Positions 10,117-19,373 are shown, numbered from the stretch's first letter. The stretch is 64,000 bases of DNA from Nitrospirota bacterium (GCA_963790025.1 CAWBMP010000005.1:1-64000), one strand, 5' to 3'. The notes: generated by a model not told the origin, from the sequence alone. Numbers and translations: made by a program.

Positions 10117-10996
10117 CAAATATTTGCGAATAAAAAAAGACAAACATAAGTCTGTCGAATACAATTTTGCATTTCTGGACGAGAGCGCGAAGAAGGAAAT
10201 AAGGCGTAAGATACTTAAGGCAGTGGCCATCCCGGGATACCAGGTCCCATTCGCATCACGTGAACTGCCGATTGCCAAGGGGTGGGGAACAGGAGGACTC
10301 CAGATCACCCTTTCTATCATCGGCAGCGACGATATCCTCAAAGTCATAGACCAGGGCTGTGACGGAAGCGTCAATGCGATGAATATAAAAAAATTTATCG
10401 GCAGGGTAACGGGTGTAAAGACCACAACCAATACCGGTGAAGCCACGATTATTCAAACAAGGCACAGGGTCCCTGAGGAGAAGCTAAGCGGACACCAAAT
10501 CCTTGTTCTCCAGGTCCCTTTTCCCGAAGCGTTGCGCATAGTGGAACCCTCCGAACTCGAAACGCGGCGAATGCACGGAGAGTCGGACTACAGCAGGATG
10601 TGGCTTTATCTTTATGAAGATATAGTACGGTTTAATGAAATAAGTATAGGCGCAAGGTATCCGGTGACAGTAAATGGAAGATATATTATGGACCCAAGTC
10701 CTATACCCAGATGGGACATACCTAAACTGAACATGGCCGATGCAGTCTGTATCTTTGGGGCCGGGCGGGAAAAAAGGATCTATGCGATTCCTCCTTTCAC
10801 CAGGGTTGAGCCCCTGGAGTTTGAGGATTTCAAGTTCAGGATCGAAGATTTCAAAGGAGAGGCTTGCTGTAAGTGCGGCAGCACGGACGTATTTCTCGAC
10901 GAGATAATTGATGAAGCTACCGGCAGAAGGATTTATCAATGCTCGGATACGGGATATTGCGATACAAGGACGCGGTTCGATGGAGCAATTCATTAG
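10097..10996 (+). CDS. phnJ: C-P lyase radical SAM subunit PhnJ
   Basis: YNFAFLDE, AIPGYQVPF, GWGTGG, IIQTRHR and the C-terminal CxxC...CSDT.YC cluster. Exact start uncertain. Confidence 0.95.
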   Translation: MIKVKLDKYLRIKKDKHKSVEYNFAFLDESAKKEIRRKILKAVAIPGYQVPFASRELPIAKGWGTGGLQITLSIIGSDDILKVIDQGCDGSVNAMNIKKFIGRVTGVKTTTNTGEATIIQTRHRVPEEKLSGHQILVLQVPFPEALRIVEPSELETRRMHGESDYSRMWLYLYEDIVRFNEISIGARYPVTVNGRYIMDPSPIPRWDIPKLNMADAVCIFGAGREKRIYAIPPFTRVEPLEFEDFKFRIEDFKGEACCKCGSTDVFLDEIIDEATGRRIYQCSDTGYCDTRTRFDGAIH

Positions 10997-11444
10997 AACT
11001 GATGTGGAAATAAGGGAAGCAACAGAACAGGATTTGAATCCTATCCTTTCGCTTTACGGACAGATCGGCATGGATAACGGAAACGTACTGGCGCTCGATG
11101 AAGCGGAGAGCCTTTTTAGAAAGATAAAATCCTATCCCGATTACAAGTTGTATGTAGTCGTCGATGATAAGCATATTGTAGGAACATTTTCACTTCTGAT
11201 AATGGATAACCTGGCCCACATGGGTTCACCATCGGGGATCCTGGAAGATGTTGTCGTACGTGAGGACTTCAGAAGGCGGGGGATAGGACGATTGATGATG
11301 AATTTTGCAATGGACCGCTGTAAAGAACGAGGATGCTATAAGATTGCATTATCGTGCAATATGCAACGTGAATCAGCGCACTTTTTTTATGAAGCACTGG
11401 ATTTCAAGAAGCACGGATACAGTTTTGTCGTGGACCTTGCATAA
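10980..11444 (+). CDS. GNAT N-acetyltransferase (PhnO-like)
   Basis: EDVVV...RRRGIG acetyl-CoA motif and AHFFYEALDF. Lies inside the phn operon. Confidence 0.8.
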   Translation: MEQFIRTDVEIREATEQDLNPILSLYGQIGMDNGNVLALDEAESLFRKIKSYPDYKLYVVVDDKHIVGTFSLLIMDNLAHMGSPSGILEDVVVREDFRRRGIGRLMMNFAMDRCKERGCYKIALSCNMQRESAHFFYEALDFKKHGYSFVVDLA

Positions 11445-11454
11445 AAGGAGATCA

Positions 11455-12294
11455 ATGTTGAATCTTAGCAGCGGGCCGGTTATGAAGGTGGAAGGTCTCA
11501 CAAAAATTTATGGTGACGGATGTCCTCTGTGCAGCGAATCAACAGGTCCTGACTACGAAACGAATATATGCAGTCACTGCGGTTCTGTGGTAGCATGCGC
11601 GAATATCACATTCGAGCTTTGTCCTGATGAGGTTCTAGGAATAGTTGGCGAGAGCGGATCAGGCAAGAGCACTCTTGTAAAACTGATGCATTTCGATTTC
11701 GAGGCGACCGCCGGGACCATATACATAAACGGTTCGGCGGCTAATGTCCTATCCCTCAGCCCGTTTCAAAAAAGGCAGATCAGAAATGCACGTATGGGCA
11801 TAGTATATCAGAATCCGTACCATGGACTCAGGATGGAAGTAAGTTCAGGAGGCAATATATCGGAACGACTGATTATGGCTGGATGGAGAAATATAAGAGC
11901 GATGCGTGAACGTGCCTCCTATCTCCTTCACAAAACAGAAATCCCTGTTACAAGGATTGATGAGCCGCCGAAGAATTTCAGCGGGGGAGAACAGCAAAGG
12001 GTCCAGATTTCGAAGGCATTGTCGAATAATCCGGTGATTCTTTTTTTGGACGAAGTGACTACAGGTCTTGATCTTTCCGTTCAGGCGAGGGTGCTTGATT
12101 TGATCAGGGTGCTCCAAAACGATCTGCATTTGTCCATTATTGTCGTCTCCCATGATCTCGGCGTTATAAGGCTTCTGACAACAAGGACCATGGTGATGAA
12201 ATACGGCAGGGTTGTCGAATCAGGTCTTACAGACCAGGTATTAGAGGACCCTCAGCATCATTATACACAACTCCTTGTGAGCTCACAATTATAG
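11455..12294 (+). CDS. phnK: C-P lyase ABC-type ATPase PhnK
   Basis: GIVGESGSGKST, VYQNP, FSGGEQQR, LDLSVQARVLD, EDPQHHYTQLLV. AGGAG SD before ATG 11455. Confidence 0.93.
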   Translation: MLNLSSGPVMKVEGLTKIYGDGCPLCSESTGPDYETNICSHCGSVVACANITFELCPDEVLGIVGESGSGKSTLVKLMHFDFEATAGTIYINGSAANVLSLSPFQKRQIRNARMGIVYQNPYHGLRMEVSSGGNISERLIMAGWRNIRAMRERASYLLHKTEIPVTRIDEPPKNFSGGEQQRVQISKALSNNPVILFLDEVTTGLDLSVQARVLDLIRVLQNDLHLSIIVVSHDLGVIRLLTTRTMVMKYGRVVESGLTDQVLEDPQHHYTQLLVSSQL

Positions 12295-12302
12295 GAGGAG
12301 AT

Positions 12303-13028
12303 ATGAGAATAGGCGTCATTTCTGATGTGCATGGCAATTATGAGGCACTTATAACAGTTTTGAGAGAGATGGATAATGAGGGAGTGGATCTGATAATCAA
12401 TTCAGGCGATAACATAGGGTATTCGGCTTTTCCTGATGAATGTGTATCCTTGCTGGCAGAAAGAAAAGTCACTTCAGTTATGGGCAACTATGACGAGGCA
12501 GGCTCCATGTTTCGTATTTCCTGCGGGTGTGGTGACGCGGATGACGAAACTAACAGAATAAGATTTGCTTCACTCAGATGGACACAGGAAAAGCTTTTGG
12601 ACGAAACGAGAAAATATCTGTCCTCACTGCCTGCCAGATATGAATTCGAGACCGGATATGGGAAAGCTCTTATGTTTCATGGAGGCGTTGAAAACCTGAC
12701 GCAATGGATCACGGAAAACGACTCTGAACTGCTCGAAGCCGTTTCCGTCAAATGCGTCGCAAGGCTCGTAATAATGGGACATACTCACAAGCCTTTTGCA
12801 AGGCAAGTAAACGGTACTCTCTTCGTAAATCCAGGAGCTGTAGGCAGGCCTTTTGATGGAGACCCGAGGGCGTCTTTCGCAGTTATCGATGCCGGAGATG
12901 ATATAAAGGTGAAGTTCAGGCGAGTAGGGTACGATGTCGAAAAAAATATAAATGCCCTTGTAACCGCCGGTCTTCCCCCTGAAATAGGAGTTATGCTCAG
13001 AAGGGGGAGGGATTCACACATTGCTTAA
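12303..13028 (+). CDS. calcineurin-like metallophosphoesterase (YfcE/MJ0936-like)
   Basis: SDVHGN, GDNIGY, GNYD, HG, GHTH and NPGAVG motifs; internal CGC. Confidence 0.88.
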   Translation: MRIGVISDVHGNYEALITVLREMDNEGVDLIINSGDNIGYSAFPDECVSLLAERKVTSVMGNYDEAGSMFRISCGCGDADDETNRIRFASLRWTQEKLLDETRKYLSSLPARYEFETGYGKALMFHGGVENLTQWITENDSELLEAVSVKCVARLVIMGHTHKPFARQVNGTLFVNPGAVGRPFDGDPRASFAVIDAGDDIKVKFRRVGYDVEKNINALVTAGLPPEIGVMLRRGRDSHIA

Positions 13029-13722
13029 AGTAGACAACCTTTGCAAGACTTTCCATATTCATATTCTCGGCAACAAAGTTATCAATGCATGCTGCGGCAT
13101 TTCATTTCACGTAAAAAGAGGTGAGTTTCTGGGTCTATCAGGGCCGAGCGGATCCGGGAAAAGCACTATTCTCAAATGCATTTACCGGACCTATTTGTCG
13201 ACAGAGGGAAGCATTTGGTTCGATTCGGCGGCGCATGGAGAAATCGATATCGCGTCTGCCCCCAATCAAGTGGTGCTGGATATCAGGAGAAAAGAGGTCG
13301 GGTATGTTTCCCAGTTTTTAAAGATAATCCCCAGAGTACCGGCAATTGAAATTGTTGCTGAACCTCTGGTAACAAAAAACAGGATGCCGCCCTATGAAGC
13401 GAGGAAAATAGCGGGCGAGCTTTTAAGGAAACTCAATATTCCCGATTATTTGTTTGACGCCTATCCCTCCAGTTTCAGCGGGGGAGAACAGCAAAGGGTG
13501 AATATCGCGCGAGCCTTGATCTGGTCGCCCCGTTTGTTGCTGCTCGATGAACCCACCGCATCCCTGGACAGGAGTTCGATTGATATCGTCATGGACTTGC
13601 TCGGGACGCTTAAAAAGCAGGGTACTACAATGATAGGCATATTTCATGACCCCAAAGTAATGGATATGATTACTGATAGAGCATATGAGATAAAGCGGGA
13701 TGTTGCAAGCCATGCGGCGTAA
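13021..13722 (+). CDS. phnL: C-P lyase ABC-type ATPase PhnL
   Basis: GPSGSGKST, GYVSQFL..IPRV, FSGGEQQRVNIAR, GIFHD. Confidence 0.93.
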   Translation: MLKVDNLCKTFHIHILGNKVINACCGISFHVKRGEFLGLSGPSGSGKSTILKCIYRTYLSTEGSIWFDSAAHGEIDIASAPNQVVLDIRRKEVGYVSQFLKIIPRVPAIEIVAEPLVTKNRMPPYEARKIAGELLRKLNIPDYLFDAYPSSFSGGEQQRVNIARALIWSPRLLLLDEPTASLDRSSIDIVMDLLGTLKKQGTTMIGIFHDPKVMDMITDRAYEIKRDVASHAA

Positions 13723-14875
13723 CCATGCCGTCATAATCGAAAATGCCGACATTGTGACTCCTTCAGGAATACTCGCCGGAAGTTCTATGAAAATAGAAGC
13801 GGGCATTATATCGGAGATAAAGGAGGGAGCCATAACATCGGCAGGCAGAAGAATTGACGCCGGGGGAGCGCACATTATTCCCGGATTTGTGGATCTTCAC
13901 AGCGATGCCATTGAAAAGGAGATCGAGCCAAGGCCCAATACCTGTTTTCCGAAGAATGTCGCAATTGTCGAACTGGATAAAAAGCTTGCAGCATGCGGAG
14001 TCACAACTATTTTTCATGCGCTGTCTTTTGCCGAAGGAGAGATTGGCGTGCGTTCCAACAAAATGGCTACCGAAATAATAAGAGAAATAGACAGACTTGG
14101 TCCCGAGTTGAGCGTAAAAACCAGGGTGCATGCGAGGTTCGAGATTACGGATACGAGCGCTGTTCCATATCTGGAGGAGCTTTTGAACAGCGGACAGATT
14201 CATCTCCTCTCATTTATGGACCATACGCCGGGGCAAGGTCAATATAAAGACGTAGCTTCTTTTAAAAATTACTTTGGAAAGGTTTACAAAAAAAGTAACG
14301 AAGAGTTGGACAGGATAATCGACCGTAAGCTCTGCGCGCAAAAGGACTCCCTGGACTGCGTGGAGCGTGTAATAAATTTATGTGATTCGCTTGGCCGCCC
14401 TATGGCATCTCATGATGATGATTCGCCGGAAAGAATACAGTGGCTTAAGAAGAAGCATATCGGCATATCGGAATTTCCTGTTAATGTAGAAACTCTCAGG
14501 GCAGCTAAAGAGATGGACATTTTTACATGTCTCGGCACCCCGAATGTTCTGAGGGGTAATTCTCAGGTAGGGAACCTGAGCGCACGGGATGCGTTGTCCG
14601 GGGGATATGGCGATATGCTTTGTTCCGATTATTCACCTATGACCATCCTCCACGCAGTATTTGCGATCGTAAACAACGGGATTCGTCCGCTCCACGAAGC
14701 GGTCAATCTGGTGAGTCTTAATCCTGCCAGGGCGGTCGGCATTGCCGGAGAGACCGGGTCTATTAAGGAAGGAAAGGATGCGGATTTTAGTATTGTAGGG
14801 ACAGTTGACGGCATTCCGAAAATATTGAGAACCTTTGTATCGGGCAGGGAGGTGTTTTCCGTATGTGGCTGCTAG
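13700..14875 (+). CDS. phnM: ribose 1-methylphosphonate 5-triphosphate diphosphatase
   Basis: PGFVDLHSD, MDHTPGQGQY, ASHDDD, ISEFP, LCSDY. Confidence 0.94.
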   Translation: MLQAMRRNHAVIIENADIVTPSGILAGSSMKIEAGIISEIKEGAITSAGRRIDAGGAHIIPGFVDLHSDAIEKEIEPRPNTCFPKNVAIVELDKKLAACGVTTIFHALSFAEGEIGVRSNKMATEIIREIDRLGPELSVKTRVHARFEITDTSAVPYLEELLNSGQIHLLSFMDHTPGQGQYKDVASFKNYFGKVYKKSNEELDRIIDRKLCAQKDSLDCVERVINLCDSLGRPMASHDDDSPERIQWLKKKHIGISEFPVNVETLRAAKEMDIFTCLGTPNVLRGNSQVGNLSARDALSGGYGDMLCSDYSPMTILHAVFAIVNNGIRPLHEAVNLVSLNPARAVGIAGETGSIKEGKDADFSIVGTVDGIPKILRTFVSGREVFSVCGC

Positions 14876-15792
14876 GAGCCAAAATAGATGAAATAAGAGT
14901 CGACGGCAACTTGAGCGCTCTGCGGAGAGACCTGGGACTTTTGGCCGGGATGCAGCTCAAGGCGGTTGAACTGCCGGTTCACGGCCTCGATGTGATCAGG
15001 AATGGAAAACCCGACAAAAAGAGAATTCACGAAATCAAAAATATACTCGAGGATTTCGATTTTACTTGTAGCGTGCACGCACCGAACCCTGTGAACCTTA
15101 TGGACAAAGAGCATCCCTCGCTGCATGCTTCTGTTTTGAGGTCGAGCGCCGAGTTTGCCGGGGAGATAGGCTCGAAAGTCCTTGTCTGCCATCCAGGCAG
15201 ATTCATGCCCGAAGAAATATTCCCGCTTGGGGTCCAGGTCCGGATGCCGGATGCCGAGAAAGAAGAACTTCTCGATCGGGAAGCTTCTATTATAGAAAAG
15301 ATTTCCTCTGAATTTCCCGACGTAGTCATTTGTATGGAAAACGCACGTCCCTATCTTTTCCATTCTCCCTATTGTTACGCTGAAAAAATCGATCTGTTAA
15401 GCAAACAGGTACTCAAGATAGGCAGGCAGAATGTGAGAATAAATCTCGATTTCGGGCATCTCTACATGGCCTCCAGGTTTTATGGTTTCGACCCTGTCCT
15501 GGCAGCCTCCGGAATAAAGCATCTGATAGCCCACACACATATACATGACAATTTTGGTATCGTAAATTTTCACCACGAAAAGGTGCAGATAAATTTGCTG
15601 CCATTCGGGAAAGGCGATGCACATATGCCTGTCGGCTGGGGAGAGATTCCAATCTCAGAAATTCTCTCCACTTTTATAGATTTATTCAAGGGAATGCTCA
15701 TGATGGAACTGCGGAGCAGATATCTTGAAGACATCCCGGAATCCAAAAAAAACCTCGAAAGGATTTTGACGGACTATGAACAATTCCACTGA
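14863..15792 (+). CDS. xylose isomerase-like / AP endonuclease 2 TIM-barrel metalloenzyme
   Basis: SVHAP, CHPG, CMEN, LDFGH, HIHDN, DAHMP and MEL metal-ligand pattern. Confidence 0.82.
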   Translation: MWLLGAKIDEIRVDGNLSALRRDLGLLAGMQLKAVELPVHGLDVIRNGKPDKKRIHEIKNILEDFDFTCSVHAPNPVNLMDKEHPSLHASVLRSSAEFAGEIGSKVLVCHPGRFMPEEIFPLGVQVRMPDAEKEELLDREASIIEKISSEFPDVVICMENARPYLFHSPYCYAEKIDLLSKQVLKIGRQNVRINLDFGHLYMASRFYGFDPVLAASGIKHLIAHTHIHDNFGIVNFHHEKVQINLLPFGKGDAHMPVGWGEIPISEILSTFIDLFKGMLMMELRSRYLEDIPESKKNLERILTDYEQFH

Positions 15793-16432
15793 TACGGCTT
15801 TCCACGCATGGAACAGGATATGGATGAATGAGGAAGACCGCGCCGGCTGGACCAGGCCGGAACAGGATGTAATTGACATTGTTCCGCTCCTCAGGTCCAG
15901 AGGCGTGAGAGATGTACTCGACTTGGGATGCGGCATAGGCAGGCATTCCCTCTTTCTTGCGTCACAGAAATTTGAAGTGTGTTCCCTTGACGCAAGCGCA
16001 GCAGGCCTTGAGATTGCACGCAGCAGTGCAGTTAATGCGGGACTGGCGATTGAATGTTGTTTGTCAAGGATGACCGAGCTGCCGTTCAGGGCATGCAGCT
16101 TTGATTATATACTGGCGTGGAACGTAATTTATCACGGAGACCCCAATGTTGTTCAGCGGAGCCTCAATGAGATTTTCCGCATACTACGTCCCGGAGGCAT
16201 CTTTCAGGGTACGATGCTCTCGAAGCAGAATGTGCTTTACCAAAAGGGATGTATGGTTGCGAAGGATACATTCGTACTCGCCGGTATCGACGAAAAGGAC
16301 CACCCTCATTTTTATTGCAATGCAAATGAATTGACGAAGCTGCTGACCGGTTTCGATATATTTCTTATCAGGCATACAGAACACACCGGACCGGGATCGT
16401 ATCACTGGCATTTCAGCGCGGAGAAGTCATAG
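15776..16432 (+). CDS. class I SAM-dependent methyltransferase
   Basis: VLDLGCGIGRH motif I, FDYILAWNVIYH, LRPGG. Confidence 0.88.
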   Translation: MNNSTDTAFHAWNRIWMNEEDRAGWTRPEQDVIDIVPLLRSRGVRDVLDLGCGIGRHSLFLASQKFEVCSLDASAAGLEIARSSAVNAGLAIECCLSRMTELPFRACSFDYILAWNVIYHGDPNVVQRSLNEIFRILRPGGIFQGTMLSKQNVLYQKGCMVAKDTFVLAGIDEKDHPHFYCNANELTKLLTGFDIFLIRHTEHTGPGSYHWHFSAEKS

Positions 16433-16462
16433 AACCGGTTTGAGTGAAAGGAATAACAGGGC

Positions 16463-17461
16463 ATGAAACCAAAAGTTGTTATTACCAATTGGGTTCATCA
16501 GGAAACAATAGATTTCCTGAGAGGTACGTGCGATGTCATACCGAATACGAATCATGTACCGCTCACGAGGGAAGAGATATCAATGCGTGCGCAGGACGCT
16601 CAGGCAATCATGGTTTTTATGCCAGATTCCATCGATGATGACTTCCTGCATAAATGTCCGGTTTTAAAGGTCATAGGCGCCGCGCTTAAGGGATATGATA
16701 ATTTTGATGTGGATGCCTGCACGAGGCGTGGAATCTGGTTCACTATTGTGCCTGACTTGCTGACAATACCAACCGCTGAACTTGTAATAGGGTTGCTGAT
16801 CGGCATAACGCGCAAGATACTCCCTGGCGATTATTCAATACGCAGCGGAAAGTTCACAGGCTGGAGGCCTGTTTTCTATGGCTCGGGACTTTCCGGAAGC
16901 ACCTTGGGTATCATAGGTATGGGTAGTGTAGGACAAGCCGTTGCCAGGAGACTGTCAAATTTCGATCTCAAAATTATTTATAATGATCTGTCGCGCGTGT
17001 CAGAACAAATCGAGAGATCTCTCAATTTGCAATATGTCACATTAGAAAACCTTTTGGAAGAAAGCGATTACATTGTCCCGCTGGTATCATTGAATTCTGC
17101 TACAAGGCATTTGATCGATTCCGGTGCAATTGCCAGCATGAAACCCGGGAGCTATGTAATTAATGCCTGCAGGGGTTCAGTAGTGGATGAAATCGCGGTG
17201 GCAGCCTCCCTGGATTCAGGACACCTTGCGGGATATGCCGCCGATGTGTTCATGATGGAAGATTGGGTCTTGCCCGAACGTCCGCGCAACATACCCAAAG
17301 AACTTCTTGATAATGTCGATCGTACTTTATTTACGCCACATCTGGGTTCTGCTGTTGATAGCGTAAGACGGGAAATCTCAATGGAGGCCGCCCGGAATAT
17401 TATTGAGGCCCTTAATGGCCGGCATCCAAAAGGTGCTGTTAATGACCCGCTAAGTTTGTGA
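16463..17461 (+). CDS. ptxD: NAD-dependent phosphite dehydrogenase
   Basis: PtxD-diagnostic [50 protein letters not shown] (catalytic Lys/Arg/Glu/His present). Confidence 0.92.
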   Translation: MKPKVVITNWVHQETIDFLRGTCDVIPNTNHVPLTREEISMRAQDAQAIMVFMPDSIDDDFLHKCPVLKVIGAALKGYDNFDVDACTRRGIWFTIVPDLLTIPTAELVIGLLIGITRKILPGDYSIRSGKFTGWRPVFYGSGLSGSTLGIIGMGSVGQAVARRLSNFDLKIIYNDLSRVSEQIERSLNLQYVTLENLLEESDYIVPLVSLNSATRHLIDSGAIASMKPGSYVINACRGSVVDEIAVAASLDSGHLAGYAADVFMMEDWVLPERPRNIPKELLDNVDRTLFTPHLGSAVDSVRREISMEAARNIIEALNGRHPKGAVNDPLSL

Positions 17462-17558
17462 GTTTTTAACCGTACTTTGCAATCGCTGGCTGTGCGTTTC
17501 CGTTCCTACTCCACATATAGGTGACTCGAACCTAAACTCTTTAGTATAAGTAGGAGCC

Positions 17559-17633
17559 GAGAATCCAGCTTTTGATAGTTTTTTTCCGAAATTAACATAT
17601 TCAGGAAATTGCGATTGGTGTAGGAGGAAGAAG
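17559..17633 (-). repeat. dispersed intergenic repeat, copy 1
   Basis: The reverse complement of 17559-17621 matches 22627-22689 at 55/63 positions (hand alignment). Confidence 0.85.
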
Positions 17634-17689
17634 CATTCTTTGATCATCGTTTCCCTTTCTTAAGAAGTCTGCTTAAGCTTACCGTAATC

Positions 17690-18166
17690 TCAGCATCCTC
17701 CATGCCAACCCTTTTTTTGCGTAATTACTTTGACAATATCGGACCCCGATACTTGAAACGTTGAGTCCGTTATCGTGCCGACATATTTATCAAGTGAGAA
17801 TACCCGCTTATATCGTCTTGAGTAGAAATCCACAGGCGAATGCCAGGGCTGGTGCCCACCAGAGCTATACATGCCAAATACAAAGAATCTAGAGTCATTT
17901 GTCCATGAGGCGCTACTGACTACCCATCCATGGTTGCCATCGGTAGAGCTATAATCTTTTTTAAAAACAAGTTCTCCACTAATCTTACGTATTTCGATGC
18001 GGCTTTCTGCAATTCCGGTATCGTCTTTGCCAACTGGAATCACAAGTGCACGAAGTCTTCCATCTGGCGATATATATTCCTTCTGATCTTTTGCATGTCC
18101 TTCTACTGGAAGCATAAGAACTATTAAAGCCATCAAAAACCATCTCGACATCGTAATCTTCCCCAT
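17690..18166 (-). CDS. hypothetical secreted protein
   Basis: Signal-like N-terminus; SPDG and WTNDSRF beta-propeller-like motifs. Start and 3' end uncertain. Confidence 0.65.
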   Translation of the reverse strand: MGKITMSRWFLMALIVLMLPVEGHAKDQKEYISPDGRLRALVIPVGKDDTGIAESRIEIRKISGELVFKKDYSSTDGNHGWVVSSASWTNDSRFFVFGMYSSGGHQPWHSPVDFYSRRYKRVFSLDKYVGTITDSTFQVSGSDIVKVITQKKGWHGGC

Positions 18167-18247
18167 TTGACAGACAGTTTCAAAGATGTAATTTTCGATC
18201 AGTTTAGCAAAGGGAACGTTATTTATTATAGGAGAAGAAATAAATCT

Positions 18248-18553
18248 TTATTTATCTCCACCACCACCATCACCCCAGCTGCCCGATGCTCCGGCTCCGC
18301 CGAATTCTCCGCTTCCGCCTATTGGCCAATCAGTACCACCAGTGCTAGTACCCGAAAAATCAGAAGCGGGTCCTATTCCAGGAATCGTACTACCGTAGTA
18401 TGGCTCACTATGACGGTGATGTGGTTTCTGATGAATAAATGAATGTTTCTTCGTTAATCTCTCCAAGGTGCGTTTTGTCGAGAAGAAACGATAAGCGCAT
18501 ATCAGTACAGCAATAACGCTGGCACCCAGAACAACCCAGAGAATTGTTTCCAT
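18248..18553 (-). CDS. small membrane protein with a Gly-rich tail
   Basis: N-terminal TM helix; GGSGEFGGAGASGSW tail like those of TPM-domain proteins; AAGGAG SD. Confidence 0.7.
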   Translation of the reverse strand: METILWVVLGASVIAVLICAYRFFSTKRTLERLTKKHSFIHQKPHHRHSEPYYGSTIPGIGPASDFSGTSTGGTDWPIGGSGEFGGAGASGSWGDGGGGDK

Positions 18554-18814
18554 GGTCTCCTTGATCTAACGACGATGGTTATTAAGTGCTATTTGTACTC
18601 TTCAGCGTGAATCAGTATATCACAGGTACGGAGTATAGCGGAAGGACTCTTGATCTTATCAGGAAGCGTCAACTGTAGTACTGCTATAGTCGTTTTCTAT
18701 AGTGCCCCTGGCTAGACGGCCCTCCATGGTATTCAGTGCTCAAATGCCCTCCAGAAAAGCTGCTTTATTTAACCGCAAGGTGGTTTGAAAGTCAACAAGA
18801 CTGGGAAGAATAAA

Positions 18815-18856
18815 CAAGGGCAGATGTATGGCCAAATCCATATGCACCTGCCCTTG
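18815..18856 (-). terminator. probable intrinsic terminator of the small Lys/Ala-rich gene
   Basis: Long imperfect stem CAAGGGCAG...CTGCCCTTG followed by TTTATTCTT on the minus strand. Confidence 0.55.
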
Positions 18857-18878
18857 GCGAGACTTTAGAAAATTGTTA

Positions 18879-19115
18879 CTATTTTGCCGGAGCAGCCGGA
18901 GCTGTTGCGTCCGTCTTCTTTTCTTCCGTCTTCTTTGCCTTTTTTGCTTTCTTAGTCTTCTTCGCCTTCTTGACCTTCTTCTCGTCAGCCTTTTTCTCAA
19001 CAGGTGCCTTATCTGTTGCTGGAGCTGTGTTATCGGCCGCAAAAGATACCGTTGTCATACCGAGTGCAAAGAGGACCGCGATTACTAATGACATGAGTTT
19101 CTTCATTTGAGTCAT
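18879..19115 (-). CDS. small secreted Lys/Ala-rich low-complexity protein (Asr-like)
   Basis: Signal peptide ending SFA, then KKAKKTKKAKKAKK repeats; AAGGAG SD. Confidence 0.75.
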   Translation of the reverse strand: MTQMKKLMSLVIAVLFALGMTTVSFAADNTAPATDKAPVEKKADEKKVKKAKKTKKAKKAKKTEEKKTDATAPAAPAK

Positions 19116-19150
19116 CTCCTTTTGTCTTCAATTTGCTTCTACTTCGCATA

Positions 19151-19168
19151 TTGCATAGATGATGCCAA
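19151..19168 (-). promoter_or_regulatory. sigma-54-type promoter
   Basis: Minus-strand TTGGCATCATCTATGCAA has GG-N10-GC spacing, about 36 bp upstream of the 19115 start. Confidence 0.65.
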
Positions 19169-19373
19169 GACTGTTTTTCAAAGGTTTATTAAAATGAGCT
19201 AAATCGTAGACTGTTTTCTTCTCCCTTTTTAGGGAAGTGTCGCTTATTTGAGGATAGAATGGGCTATATTTACGAGCGTGCTACGCATATAGTTGCAGGA
19301 ATCTTAAACTGCGGAGTGCAGGAAGGATGTGTTGCCTCAAGCAGATCAGAGTCCCGCGGCCCCGAACCCGGTG

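Noticed and set aside
10980..16432. Arsenic-resistance reading of the GNAT, CGC-MPP and methyltransferase genes
   Set aside because: No arsR, arsB, acr3 or arsC, and the methyltransferase does not show the ArsM layout.
16463..17461. Dissimilatory phosphite oxidation cluster
   Set aside because: No ptxE or ptdCFGHI, and Pho-box-like control points to assimilation.
17520..17535. GACTCGAACC as a tRNA-derived att remnant
   Set aside because: Only a 10-bp match to the tRNA-Leu T-loop, no acceptor-stem match and no integrase.
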